Shown here piece after piece: positions 1-9,388 of a DNA stretch of 64,000 nucleotides. The position numbers were made by a program, and so were the translations under genes. The DNA comes from an uncultured virus (IMG/VR IMGVR_UViG_3300032092_000020). Taxonomy: Duplodnaviria > Heunggongvirae > Uroviricota > Caudoviricetes. The stretch's first letter is position 1; each line of letters opens with the position of its first letter. The DNA is taken from IMG/VR virus record IMGVR_UViG_3300032092_000020; one strand, 5' to 3'. A model generated the notes under the pieces. The model ran no database searches. It worked only from the letters and a program-made list of their open reading frames with translations, and was not told where the DNA came from.

Positions 1-232
1 GCCTCTTGCCTCTTGCCTCTTGCCTGCCTGCCTCTTGCCTCTTGCCTCTTGCCTGCCTCTTGCTTGCCTGCCTGCCTCTTGCTTGCTTGCCTGCCTCTTG
101 CTTGCTTGCCTGCCTCTTGCCTCTTGCCTCCTGCCTCTTGCCTCTTGCCTCTTGCCTCCTGCCTCTTGCCTCTTGCCTCTTGCCTGCCTCTTGCCTCTTG
201 CCTCTTGCCTCTTGCCTGCCTGCCTCTTGCCT
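1..232. repeat. Microsatellite of GCCTCTT/GCCT/GCTT units, running off the window start
   Basis: Directly visible tandem units; overlapping ORFs are repeat artefacts. Confidence 0.95.
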
Positions 233-280
233 TTCACGATGTCGGAAGAATCCGTTGGCACACAAAGAGAAAGTGTCTGC

Positions 281-311
281 CATCGCATCGCCGCATCGCC
301 GCATCGCCGCA
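281..311. repeat. Short tandem repeat (GCATCGCC)n
   Basis: catcgcatcgccgcatcgccgcatcgccgca. Confidence 0.8.
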
Positions 312-439
312 CCGCTCAACCGGCCTATGTAACGATTAGGTCACGCGGCGCGTCACGGCTTGACCGCATCCGCATCCGCCTGCCATAGTCATGTCATCAA
401 CCCGCGAGCAACCCGCTCGCCCGCACCCCGGAGGTCCAC

Positions 440-721
440 ATGTCCGACCACTTCGTTGTCTGTCCCGCGTGCGACGGTCACGGTACCGATGCCAGCACCG
501 CCGTCGCGCTCACCTCCGCTGACCTTGACGCGCAGTGCGGGGATGATTGGGATGCTCGCGCCGACTTTGTGCGCGAGGTGGCCGCGCTCACCGCGCCGTG
601 CCCGTTGTGCCACCGCCGCAACGTCGTCACGGCATCGGCTGCGCGTGAATGGGAGGCCGACGCGCAAGAGCGGGCCGACGATGCCGCACTGTTCCGCATG
701 GAATGCGCGCACATGTTCTGA
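440..721 (+). CDS. Small CxxC-containing hypothetical protein
   Basis: GGAGG RBS, upstream TTGACC at 360, CPACDG and CPLC motifs. Confidence 0.75.
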   Translation: MSDHFVVCPACDGHGTDASTAVALTSADLDAQCGDDWDARADFVREVAALTAPCPLCHRRNVVTASAAREWEADAQERADDAALFRMECAHMF

Positions 722-734
722 CCGCGCGCGCCAC

Positions 735-764
735 CTACGCCCTAGCCGAGAGGCTAGGGCGTAG
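735..764 (+). terminator. GC-rich hairpin after ORF 440-721
   Basis: CTACGCCCTAGCC-GAGA-GGCTAGGGCGTAG perfect stem; no long U tract. Confidence 0.65.
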
Positions 765-827
765 TTGTATCTGCCACGACCCACCCCGCTCCGCCCCGCC
801 CCCTCCGGCGGGGCGTAGTTGTGTCCG

Positions 828-1052
828 GCGGCAGCAGCAGGACAGCAGGACAGCAGCAGCAGGACAGCAGCGGCAGCAGGACAGCAGCAGCAGGACAGCA
901 GCGGCAGCAGGACAGCAGCAGCAGGACAGCAGGACAGCAGCAGGACAGCAGGACAGCAGCAGCAGGACAGCAGCGGCAGCAGGACAGCAGCAGCAGGACA
1001 GCAGCGGCAGCAGGACAGCAGCAGCAGGACAGCAGCGGCAGGACAGCAGCGG
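828..1052. repeat. Microsatellite of GCAGCAGGACA/GCAGCG units ending at the first 17-bp box
   Basis: Directly visible. Confidence 0.95.
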
Positions 1053-1188
1053 AACTCACGTTCACGCACTTACCCTCCCGCTGCCATCTCACCCCGCGCC
1101 ACGCCGCTCCCGTCCTAGTTGACACCTCGCCCCGCATGGCATAGATTCATTCCTGTCAGCAAGTCCACCGCTCCGAAAGGCTCCCGCC

Positions 1189-1464
1189 ATGTCGCTCCCC
1201 ACGCCGCTACAGATTCGCAAGCACGACGTGACAACCGATGGCGTCACCTACACCGTGTCCACCCTCCTGGCCGCCGACCTCCGCACCGTCACTGAGGTCA
1301 TCGTGTTCGCTCCCGACGGGTCACAGTATGACTTTGGGACCGATGCCACCGCCGCGATCCTCGCCGCCGACATGGGTGCCGACGCTCTCGCGGAGTACGC
1401 CGAGTACGTGTTCCGCGGCTGGGGAAACCTGCCCACGGTCAACGGCCTGATCGCCCTCTCCTGA
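1189..1464 (+). CDS. Hypothetical protein
   Basis: GAAAGG RBS after promoter 1119. Confidence 0.75.
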   Translation: MSLPTPLQIRKHDVTTDGVTYTVSTLLAADLRTVTEVIVFAPDGSQYDFGTDATAAILAADMGADALAEYAEYVFRGWGNLPTVNGLIALS

Positions 1465-1474
1465 CCCTCTCCCG

Positions 1475-1506
1475 ACTACGCCCCGCCCCCTCCGGCGGGG
1501 CGTAGT
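1475..1506 (+). terminator. Hairpin ACTACGCCCCGCC/GGCGGGGCGTAGT; related copies near 792-820, 2490-2515, 7885-7902
   Basis: 13-bp stem right after a stop codon. Confidence 0.65.
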
Positions 1507-1529
1507 TGTGTCTGCCACGACTCTGCCGA

Positions 1530-1660
1530 CCCTGCACCCTGCACCCTGAGCCCTGCACGGCGCTGCACTCTGCGTTGCACGGCGCTGCACTCTGCGTTGC
1601 ACGGCGCTGCACTCTGCGTTGCACCCTGAGCCCTGCACCCTGCACGGCGCTGCACCCTGC
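1530..1660. repeat. Microsatellite of CCCTGCA and CTGCACTCTGCGTTGCACGGCG units upstream of box 1669
   Basis: Directly visible. Confidence 0.9.
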
Positions 1661-1812
1661 GACCCGCGAACTCACGTTCATGCACTGCCCCACTCGCGGC
1701 GATACCGGCGCTGCCGACGCTCCCGCCCCGCGCTAGTTGACACCTCGCCCCGCACCTGTCATAGTCATGTCATCGGGCCGCACCCGCCGCCCCTGACAGC
1801 CGGAGGATCCCC

Positions 1813-2160
1813 ATGACGCTCACCGCCACCGCCGCTCACCGCGTCACCCGCGACGGTGCCCTGGCATCGGCGCGACGCTTCCACGATTCGTGGGCGTTCG
1901 TGACCACGACGTCCACCGCCCACCGTCCGGTGACGTACCGCGTGATCGGGAGCGACGGTAACGGCGGAGCGTACGCCCTGTCCGGTGAGACGAACCTAGT
2001 TGTGTGGGTGACCCTGACCGGCCACTCGCGCCGCGACGGTCGCGTGTCGGCGCGTGTCCACTACCCCCACGACACTGGCGATGCCGCCGGTACCCTCGCG
2101 TTCGACGCGTCGGATTCCCTGCCCGCCGCCCTTTGGGCCGAGCACTTCCCCACGGCCTGA
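1813..2160 (+). CDS. Hypothetical protein
   Basis: GGAGG RBS after promoter 1737. Confidence 0.7.
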   Translation: MTLTATAAHRVTRDGALASARRFHDSWAFVTTTSTAHRPVTYRVIGSDGNGGAYALSGETNLVVWVTLTGHSRRDGRVSARVHYPHDTGDAAGTLAFDASDSLPAALWAEHFPTA

Positions 2161-2192
2161 CCACCTACCCCCACGACGTTAGGACACCTGCC

Positions 2193-2477
2193 ATGACCGC
2201 CACCGCCCCCACTGTCGCCGCGTGGGAGATCCGCTACTGCCAAGCGTGCGAACGTCCCGCCCTCGCCTACGTCTCTCACCGCGACGGCGCGGACGACTAC
2301 GCCGGAGTGTGCCCCGCGTGTGATCGGGAGTACGCCGAACTATGCCCGTGCTGCCAGGATGGAACGGCCTACCCCGAACTAGACCGCCCCTACTGCCCGC
2401 CGTGTGCCGACTACAATGACGATGTGGCGCGCGAGGCTTACATCGCCTACCGCGCGGAGATCGCCGCGCGCTACTAG
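2193..2477 (+). CDS. Cys-rich hypothetical protein, paralog of 9789-10043
   Basis: Multiple CxxC; shares DGTAYPELDR. Confidence 0.75.
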   Translation: MTATAPTVAAWEIRYCQACERPALAYVSHRDGADDYAGVCPACDREYAELCPCCQDGTAYPELDRPYCPPCADYNDDVAREAYIAYRAEIAARY

Positions 2478-2658
2478 CCGCCCCCTCGCCCGCCCCGCCC
2501 CCTCCGGCGGGGCGCGTGAGCGTCACCGCCCGAACTCACGTTCACGCACCTCTCACCCTCGCGCCACCTGCCGCCCCTGCCGCCCCCGCTTGACACCTGC
2601 CAGGATCGGAGTAATGTCATCCCTGTCAGCACCTCCCGCCTCACCCTTTGGAGTCCAC

Positions 2659-2868
2659 ATGACCCGCACCCCGCTCACCACTACTGCCGCACAGTCGGCA
2701 GGGATGACCCTCACGATTCTCCGGACGGATGCTCACGGTGAGACATTCCGGCTCACGGGCAGGGTTGAGATTGCCGACGGTTACGGCATCCTGAGAGTCG
2801 CCCCCGGCACCCTCTCGGAGTACAGCGTGACCCTCGGAGGTGTCCACACGCCGTTTCCTCACATGTAA
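2659..2868 (+). CDS. Hypothetical protein
   Basis: GGAG RBS after promoter 2590. Confidence 0.65.
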   Translation: MTRTPLTTTAAQSAGMTLTILRTDAHGETFRLTGRVEIADGYGILRVAPGTLSEYSVTLGGVHTPFPHM

Positions 2869-2953
2869 GCCCCACGCGCCGTTTGACACCGCTCCCGATC
2901 GGAGTAATGTCATCCCTGTCAGCAACCCCCGCCCGATGGAAGGATCACCCGCC

Positions 2954-3145
2954 ATGCCTGGTCACCCCGCCCCCACGCCGAACCGCGTGGATCCCCTCGC
3001 GTTCGTCGTTGCCGCCCTTGCGATTGCCGCGTTCATCGTGGGATTCCTGTTCATTACGTTCCTCCCGCTCAACCCGATCGGCGCCGTTCTGATTACCGGC
3101 GGTTGTGTCCTCATTCTCACCGCCGGAGTCCTCGCCGCATCCTGA
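2954..3145 (+). CDS. Small membrane protein (two hydrophobic segments)
   Basis: GAAGGA RBS; LAFVVAALAIAAFIVGFLFITF and AVLITGGCVLILTAGVLAA. Confidence 0.7.
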   Translation: MPGHPAPTPNRVDPLAFVVAALAIAAFIVGFLFITFLPLNPIGAVLITGGCVLILTAGVLAAS

Positions 3146-3184
3146 CCCCTCACCCGCCCGCACAACGTCCCGAAAGGACACGCC

Positions 3185-3367
3185 ATGCTCACCGCTCCCG
3201 CTCCCGCCCGCGTCACCCCGCCGCCCGCCCCTGGCATCCGGTGGACGCCGACGTTCACCGCGTCGCCCCGCACCTACGCCCCTGGCACGTTCGGCCTGAC
3301 CGATGCCGAGCGCGTCGCCTACCTCGCGCACCTCCGGCGCAAGGTCCTGGCAGGGGGTGAGGCATGA
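3185..3367 (+). CDS. Hypothetical protein sharing a segment with 10094-10462
   Basis: PGIRWTP..T..PRTYAPGTF. Confidence 0.7.
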   Translation: MLTAPAPARVTPPPAPGIRWTPTFTASPRTYAPGTFGLTDAERVAYLAHLRRKVLAGGEA

Positions 3368-3550
3368 TGCCCTGACACCTACGCCGTCGGCCCCCCGCGT
3401 CCTTCCCTGGCGCGGGGTTCCGTCGCCCTCACCCCGAACTCACGTTCACGCACCGGCATCCCTGGCGCGCGGCTGCCGCGTTTGACACCCCGCTAGATCG
3501 GAGTAATGTCATCCCTGTCAGCAAGCCACGCCTCACCCCTTGGAGTCATC

Positions 3551-3829
3551 ATGGACTACACCGCGACCCCCGACTACACCGCGATCACGGTGGCCGCCCT
3601 CTACGTTATGCGCGAGCGTGGCGCGGTCAAGGTCGGCGCAAAGACTTGCCTGGATGACGGTGGCAAGTGGCGCCGCGCGTATGACCTGACCCCCGAGCAC
3701 GACGACCTGGCGATGACCTGCCTCGCGCGGTCGCTGTTCCCGTCGGACGGTTCCACTGAGGTTTGGTTTCTCGGTGCCGACGGCGAATACATGAACGAGG
3801 ACGGCGCGTGGCCGGAGGTGGACGAATGA
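3551..3829 (+). CDS. Hypothetical protein
   Basis: RBS after promoter 3482. Confidence 0.7.
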   Translation: MDYTATPDYTAITVAALYVMRERGAVKVGAKTCLDDGGKWRRAYDLTPEHDDLAMTCLARSLFPSDGSTEVWFLGADGEYMNEDGAWPEVDE

Positions 3830-4047
3830 CGCGCCACTCGGACGCGCTCACCGCGTTCCTGGATCCCGTCCACCGCGCGCACTTCGACGGCGTGGCGGGA
3901 GTGGTCACGTTCACCGCCCACGGGTCCGGCCACGATGTCGTGCCCGTCACCGCCCCGGTGGACCGCGCGACGCTCACCCGTATGGTGCGCGCTCACGACT
4001 TCGACTGCTGCGACTGGCCGACGCGCCTGGACTACTTGCGCGGGTGA
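3826..4047 (+). CDS. Hypothetical protein
   Basis: ATGA overlap with the preceding gene. Confidence 0.65.
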   Translation: MTRHSDALTAFLDPVHRAHFDGVAGVVTFTAHGSGHDVVPVTAPVDRATLTRMVRAHDFDCCDWPTRLDYLRG

Positions 4048-4170
4048 TCGCCCCGAACTCACGTTCACGCACCCCCACGCCGCGCCGCGTTCTCGCCCTG
4101 TTTGACACCTGCCAGGATCGGAGTAATGTTGTCCCTGTCAGCAAGTCACCCCGCACCTTGGAGGCACCCG

Positions 4171-4347
4171 ATGGACACAATGACCCGCACGATCGCGGCA
4201 CAGGACCGCGAGGTGCGCCACGACGCTTGTGGCACCTGGATCCCGTGGGCAGGCTTCGCGTTTCACCACGTGGACGGCGGACGCTACGGCCTCGCCGCGT
4301 GCCCCACGTGCTCCGTGGTCACATCGTTTCGGGTGGCCGGACGATGA
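4171..4347 (+). CDS. Small Zn-finger-like protein
   Basis: HDAC...CPTC; GGAGG RBS. Confidence 0.65.
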   Translation: MDTMTRTIAAQDREVRHDACGTWIPWAGFAFHHVDGGRYGLAACPTCSVVTSFRVAGR

Positions 4348-4616
4348 CCGCCCTCGCGTGGTCGCGCACCGGCAAGGGCCGGTATGGCGAGATCGACGAC
4401 CGCGACGTGACTCACCCTCGCCACCTGTCGTTCTGGATCACCGCCGACGCCCGCACGCGACAGTGGACGATCAACGCCGCGATCGGCGGGCGCACCGTCG
4501 GCCCGCTGGATCTTGTCCCCTCGTACTCGGAGGGACGCGCGACCGTGGACCGCGCCGCCGTGATCGTGAGCCGCCAACTCGCCCAGGAGTACCGCGACGC
4601 ACTCGGGCAGGGGTGA
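4344..4616 (+). CDS. Hypothetical protein
   Basis: ATGA overlap. Confidence 0.65.
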   Translation: MTALAWSRTGKGRYGEIDDRDVTHPRHLSFWITADARTRQWTINAAIGGRTVGPLDLVPSYSEGRATVDRAAVIVSRQLAQEYRDALGQG

Positions 4617-4741
4617 GGGGAGAGGACTAACTCACGTTCACGCACCTCTCGCCCTGCCGCCCCGATCGCCCCGTTTGACACGCGACCTAATCGGAGTAAC
4701 GTGGTCCTTGTCAGCAACCGCCCCCACCCTTGGAGGATCCC

Positions 4742-5014
4742 ATGTCCCGCATCGTTGTCGCCACGGTCACCGCGGAGCGTCAGCACGCCTACACGGTCAC
4801 CCTCTCGGACGGCTACACGTTCCTCTCGTCCTACTCGCCCCTCGCCCACGAGACTCTCGCGTTCCCGATCGTTGCGGGTGCCATCGACTACCGTGAGGTC
4901 GCGTCACGCTTCGGCGCGGTCCCCGACCACGCGGGAGTGGTGGACGACATTCTCGCCCGCCGCAACCTTCGACCCGCCCGCGGCGTTGAGGTCCCCGCCC
5001 CTCAGGGCTGGTGA
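4742..5014 (+). CDS. Hypothetical protein
   Basis: GGAGG RBS after promoter 4675. Confidence 0.7.
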   Translation: MSRIVVATVTAERQHAYTVTLSDGYTFLSSYSPLAHETLAFPIVAGAIDYREVASRFGAVPDHAGVVDDILARRNLRPARGVEVPAPQGW

Positions 5015-5016
5015 CG

Positions 5017-6399
5017 TCAGCGGCGGCGCATGGGCTTGGGGATGCTGCCACTCGCGGCACTCTTGGCCCTTGCGCCGCCCGCACTGAATCCCGCGGGCTG
5101 CTTCACGACTAGGGCCGAGAGCGCGTGGACTAGCGCGTCGATCCTGTCGGGAGACTTCTTCGACGCCCCTGGTTCCCACGAGAGCATTTGACTCTCCAAC
5201 TCAGGCATCACGTTGAGGTGGTGGATCCGGCGCTGCTCATACGCGAGGACGACAGGCTCCGCGCGGAGCACCTTCCCGACGTGAGCGCGTACGTCGATCA
5301 CGCGGATGCTCGGGTCGATCCCGTTGATCGCACCGCGCACGAGAGCGCCGCCCTGGTTCACTTCGGCAACCACTGGGGCCTGGTACTTGTTCGCCATAGC
5401 GACCACGCGACGCGCCCACGTCCCCGGCGACCCGTGGACGCTCGCATCTTCGATGACGTATCCCGACCGGCGGTAGAGTTTCCTCTCGCGCGTCGCCCCG
5501 ACCACGACGATGCCGCACTCATCCCGCGGGTTCTCGGACACGCTCGGGTCCACCCCGACCACGACGGTCAGCCCGGACGGTAACTCACGTACACGCATCT
5601 CGTCGATCAGGTCCTCTTGCCAGAGCGCGCCCTCAACCTTGTCCAGCATCTCGCCGTAGAGTTCCTGGCGCGCAAGGCTTGTCCCCTCGTACAGCCCCAT
5701 GATAACGTCGAGGTACGCCGCCGACAGGTTGCCCACGTTGTCCATCGTTGTGCCTCGGATGAACAGCACGCGCTCCGGATGCTGCTCGGCCTCGGCCAAC
5801 AGCGCTTTGATCGCGGGGATACGCTTCGGGGTCGTCATGGCAAAGATTTGCGGGTGCGCGCCTAGTCGCGTGGCGATCCGGACGTTCTCCCACGCCGTAA
5901 GGCCGGAGTCGTCAGGGATCCACTTCCACGCCGCCCACTCGTCACATGACGCCCAGTGGAACTGAGGACCACGCAACTGATTAGGCTCGTCGGAGGAAAA
6001 CGCGATAGCGGTCGAACCGTTCGGCCAGGTGAGCAACCGCTTCGACGGCTCCCACAGCGGTCGCTCACTTGGAGGACTCACCGCCATGATGCCGGACTCG
6101 CCCTGAATCATCACGTCGCGCACGTCGGCGCTTGTTCGTGCGACGAACGCGCCGCGGGATCCTGGCATCCGCTTGGCCTTTTCACGCACCCACTCACTCG
6201 CGGTGCGCGTCTTCCCGACACCACGCCCGCCCAGGTACGCGCACACTGACCACGTATCGTCGTCCAGTGGTTTGCGCTGCTCAGGTCGTCCCCAGAATCC
6301 CCAGTCCCAGAGCAAAGCCTCCTCGTCCAGTCCGGCTAGCGCGGCTTCGCGCTCGTCGGGTGAGAGTTCGGCAACGATCTGCGCGAGACTAAGGGCCAT
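5017..6399 (-). CDS. terL: Terminase large subunit (Terminase_6-like ATPase plus RNase H-fold nuclease)
   Basis: Walker A GGRGVGKTRT, LRGPQFHWASCDE, RQELYGE, VVGVDP, SPDRIDA. Confidence 0.9.
   Translation of the reverse strand: MALSLAQIVAELSPDEREAALAGLDEEALLWDWGFWGRPEQRKPLDDDTWSVCAYLGGRGVGKTRTASEWVREKAKRMPGSRGAFVARTSADVRDVMIQGESGIMAVSPPSERPLWEPSKRLLTWPNGSTAIAFSSDEPNQLRGPQFHWASCDEWAAWKWIPDDSGLTAWENVRIATRLGAHPQIFAMTTPKRIPAIKALLAEAEQHPERVLFIRGTTMDNVGNLSAAYLDVIMGLYEGTSLARQELYGEMLDKVEGALWQEDLIDEMRVRELPSGLTVVVGVDPSVSENPRDECGIVVVGATRERKLYRRSGYVIEDASVHGSPGTWARRVVAMANKYQAPVVAEVNQGGALVRGAINGIDPSIRVIDVRAHVGKVLRAEPVVLAYEQRRIHHLNVMPELESQMLSWEPGASKKSPDRIDALVHALSALVVKQPAGFSAGGARAKSAASGSIPKPMRRR
5582..5598 (+). 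promoter_or_regulatory. Near-copy of the 17-bp box inside terL
   Basis: AACTCACGTACACGCAT, one mismatch to AACTCACGTTCACGCAY. Confidence 0.6.
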
Positions 6400-6540
6400 C
6401 TGATCATCCTATCATCCGATCAACTCACGTTCACGCACCGCCCTCCACGCCTGCCCGCCTCCCCCACTTGACACCTGCCGTGAAAGGTGTAGTGTTGTCC
6501 TTGTCAGCAAGACCCAACAACTCAACAAGGGAGCACGACT

Positions 6541-6744
6541 ATGAACGTCGTCGCATACATCGCTGATGCCGACTGGCATCACCCGGCCTGCCTCGAAGAG
6601 GCATACGCCGACCGCGACATCGACATCCACGCGGAAGGTGAAACCGACCGTGAGGGCAACGAGTTCTACCCGGTCCCGTCCTGGGAATCTCAGCCCTACA
6701 CTTGCGGCACTTGCCGCGGTGAGGGACCCGGATGGAGCCACTGA
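6541..6744 (+). CDS. Small acidic protein with CGTC
   Basis: GGGAG RBS after promoter 6468; hairpin at about 6751-6788 follows. Confidence 0.7.
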   Translation: MNVVAYIADADWHHPACLEEAYADRDIDIHAEGETDREGNEFYPVPSWESQPYTCGTCRGEGPGWSH

Positions 6745-6910
6745 CACCTCGACCCCGGACTCTCCCGAAAGGCGGGAGGGCCGGGGTCGCGGAAGATACA
6801 CCCTGAACTCACGTTCACGCACTCCCCTCATTCTCGCGCTTGACAGTCCCCCCGATCACCGGTAATGTCGTTCCTGTCAGCAAGTCCCCCGCCAGGAAGG
6901 AACCGGCATC

Positions 6911-7072
6911 ATGGCTCTCCAAACCGCAAGGCTCGTCGCCATCGGGCTCGCCCTGATCGAACAGGAAGGCCGCGCCGTTGTTGAGGCGGCCTACGGCACC
7001 ACGGACCCCGAGTGGGTCGGCAAGTACGCGCTCCGCTACGGCGACGCGAACGCCGACGGCACTCTCAACTAG
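6911..7072 (+). CDS. Small hypothetical protein (53 aa, below ORF track cutoff)
   Basis: GGAAGGA RBS after promoter 6840; MALQTARLVAIG...GTLN. Confidence 0.6.
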   Translation: MALQTARLVAIGLALIEQEGRAVVEAAYGTTDPEWVGKYALRYGDANADGTLN

Positions 7073-7087
7073 ACGGAAGGAACGACC

Positions 7088-7306
7088 ATGACCAGCACCG
7101 ACACGCGCTACTGCGAGGCCGAGACTCACCCCGCGGTGTTCTACCTCAGCAACGGCGACCCCGGCTACCCCGCCGAATACTGCGAGGCAGAGGCAGAGCC
7201 AGGGTCGGACTACTGCGCGCTCCACCAGGACGACGGGTTCCCCTACGACGACCGCGACGCCTATGACGAGGCACGCGACCTCGCCCTAGACCGAGAGGAC
7301 TACTAA
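7088..7306 (+). CDS. Small acidic Cys-containing protein
   Basis: GGAAGGA RBS. Confidence 0.7.
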   Translation: MTSTDTRYCEAETHPAVFYLSNGDPGYPAEYCEAEAEPGSDYCALHQDDGFPYDDRDAYDEARDLALDREDY

Positions 7307-7518
7307 TGGCACGCGACCCCCGCGACCTGCGCGACCTTGCCGAGGAACTACTCAACCTCGCGCAAGACACGCTCAACGACGCATCGTTCGCTATCGCTCT
7401 CGGAGACGCGGCCCGATCCATCGAACTCATCAACGAGGCGCGTCAGTTCCGCGAGACGGCCGAACTCACGTTCACGCACTACGAACGACTCACCGCTCCG
7501 CTCTCCGACCTCGCTTGA
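7306..7518 (+). CDS. Hypothetical protein; its 3' end reads through a 17-bp box
   Basis: TAATG coupling; box translated as ELTFTH. Confidence 0.6.
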   Translation: MARDPRDLRDLAEELLNLAQDTLNDASFAIALGDAARSIELINEARQFRETAELTFTHYERLTAPLSDLA

Positions 7519-7580
7519 CACCCTCCCGAATCTGCGAGAGGATCGTCCTGTCAGCAAGTCACCACAACGAAAGGCACACC

Positions 7581-7853
7581 GTGATCACCGTCAGGAGCAC
7601 CGAAGCCGGGAACGCCGAGTACAACGGCACCCCCGCCGAACTACACGCGCTGTTCGCTCGCACCACGACGAACACCTACGGCTCCACCAGCACCAACGTC
7701 GTCGGCCACTCCCGCGAGGTTCAGGTGTTCATCACCGAGGACGGCACGACCGGCATCACCGCCACCGACGCCCGCGGCGATCGTGTGACGCTGTACCGCA
7801 CGATCATGCGCCACGACGACCTCGTGTGGCTAGTGGTCACCCCCGCCGCCTAA
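7581..7853 (+). CDS. Hypothetical protein
   Basis: GAAAGG RBS, GTG start. Confidence 0.7.
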   Translation: MITVRSTEAGNAEYNGTPAELHALFARTTTNTYGSTSTNVVGHSREVQVFITEDGTTGITATDARGDRVTLYRTIMRHDDLVWLVVTPAA

Positions 7854-8030
7854 CACCCCCTAGACCCTGCGCCCCGTCGGTGACCTCCCCGGCGGGGCGT
7901 AGCCAACTCTTCCACCCAACTCACGTTCACGCACCTCTCCCGTCTCGTCCCTGCGCCCGCTTGACACACTCCCCCGACCTGCTATGGTTAGTCCTGTCAG
8001 CAAGAAACGCACCGCCCACCAGGAGGAACC

Positions 8031-8162
8031 ATGAACACCAAGTCCCGCGTCACCGCGGTACAGGAGCGTCGTCGCTCCGGCGCGGCAGGCAAGCACGGCG
8101 ACCGCCGTACCAAGCGCCTGCGCACCCGCGCGGCCCGCAAGGCGCAAGCCTTGCGGGACTGA
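8031..8162 (+). CDS. Small Arg-rich basic protein (43 aa)
   Basis: AGGAGG RBS; MNTKSRVTAVQERRRSGAAGKHGDRRTKRLRTR. Confidence 0.65.
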   Translation: MNTKSRVTAVQERRRSGAAGKHGDRRTKRLRTRAARKAQALRD

Positions 8163-8183
8163 TCACTCAACCAAGGAGAACTC

Positions 8184-8354
8184 ATGTCGAACCTCATGCT
8201 CGCCCCCAAGACCCGCGCGGCTACCGCGTACGGTCAGGGTCACGGTGGCCGCCGTTGTACCTGCTGCGACTTCCCCGGCTCCGAGTCCAAGCGCGTGCGC
8301 CGCACCATCCGCCGCATCGAAAAGGCCGCATGGAAGAAGGAGGTCGGCGCATGA
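8184..8354 (+). CDS. Small basic Cys-containing protein (56 aa)
   Basis: AAGGAG RBS; CCTCC motif. Confidence 0.6.
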   Translation: MSNLMLAPKTRAATAYGQGHGGRRCTCCDFPGSESKRVRRTIRRIEKAAWKKEVGA

Positions 8355-8611
8355 GCACCCTAGACGACATCCGCGACTCCGCGCTGGTCGAGGCGGCGCG
8401 TGACCTGATCGGCGACCCCGACACCAACCTGGAATACGAGCGCGCCCTGGTCGAGGTGATCATGGTGTCGAACGGCCTGGATACCAACGTGTATCGCAAC
8501 GACGTGCGCGACTGGCTAGGGCTCCGCTCCGAGCGATCCTGTCGCGCGTGTGGCGAGCGTTACGACCTGGACGACGGCATCGACTGGGAGGCGTGTCCGT
8601 CGCACGCCTGA
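8351..8611 (+). CDS. Hypothetical protein with C-terminal Zn ribbon
   Basis: ATGA overlap; CRAC...CPSH. Confidence 0.65.
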   Translation: MSTLDDIRDSALVEAARDLIGDPDTNLEYERALVEVIMVSNGLDTNVYRNDVRDWLGLRSERSCRACGERYDLDDGIDWEACPSHA

Positions 8612-8711
8612 CGCCCGAACTCACGTTCACGCACCGATCACCCCGAACCACTTGACAACCCTCGCCCTGTCGCGTAGGTTGTACCCATCAACCAAATCAC
8701 CAGGAGGAACC

Positions 8712-8975
8712 ATGAGCAGCAGCGACACCCGCACCGTCACCCGCACGGCGTTCCACACCATCGGAAGCGATGGAACCCTCACCAAGTGGAGCGGCGAGAC
8801 GATCGGCTACCACGGCGTCGAGGCCGCGATCAACTCCGCGGTCGAGGCTCTCCGCTCGCATGGCGCGCGGCACGAGGTCATCGCGATCAACGGCCACATC
8901 GACCCGCGTGGCGGCACGTTCATCGAACTTACAGGCGGCGGCATGGTAGCCACGATCACCGAGGAGGCGTGGTGA
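8712..8975 (+). CDS. Hypothetical protein
   Basis: AGGAGG RBS. Confidence 0.7.
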   Translation: MSSSDTRTVTRTAFHTIGSDGTLTKWSGETIGYHGVEAAINSAVEALRSHGARHEVIAINGHIDPRGGTFIELTGGGMVATITEEAW

Positions 8976-9187
8976 GCAACGTCCGGCTGCTCTGCCACTG
9001 TGGAGACGTCGCCCGCAACGACGGCTCAGACTATGAGGGCGTCTGCTCTCAGTGGCCGCTCTGCGAGACGCGGGAGGGTCCAACTCACGTTCACGCACCC
9101 TTCCCGAGCGTCACCCCCGACCACGCTTGACACCTACCGCGACTCCGCGTAGGTTGTACCCATCAGCCACACCAACCAGGAGGAATC

Positions 9188-9388
9188 ATGCTCAACTCAT
9201 TCACCGTCGCCCGTATCCACGGCGCATGGACTATCCTTGACCCGAGCGGGTTCCCCGTTCGCACCTACGGCGACCGAGGCGCTGCCCAGCGCGACGCGAC
9301 CCGACGGAATGACGGCCTGCTCCGCGAGGAGCGTGCTCAGGAACGCGCCGAGGCTCAGGCTCTCGCCGCACAACGGAAGGCATGGTGA
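9188..9388 (+). CDS. Hypothetical protein
   Basis: AGGAGG RBS. Confidence 0.7.
   Translation: MLNSFTVARIHGAWTILDPSGFPVRTYGDRGAAQRDATRRNDGLLREERAQERAEAQALAAQRKAW

Noticed and set aside
1053..1069. Box as a parS site
   Set aside because: Shares only TTCACG with the palindromic GTTTCACGTGAAAC; no dyad and no ParB recognised in the window.
6..1736. Long LPLASC, QQQDSS and CCPAAA ORFs in the ORF track
   Set aside because: Open in several frames only because of microsatellites; no RBS.
7337..8611. 424-aa ORF spanning several cassettes
   Set aside because: Crosses boxes and promoters; only the last part (8351-8611) has a plausible start. GC-rich shadow frame.
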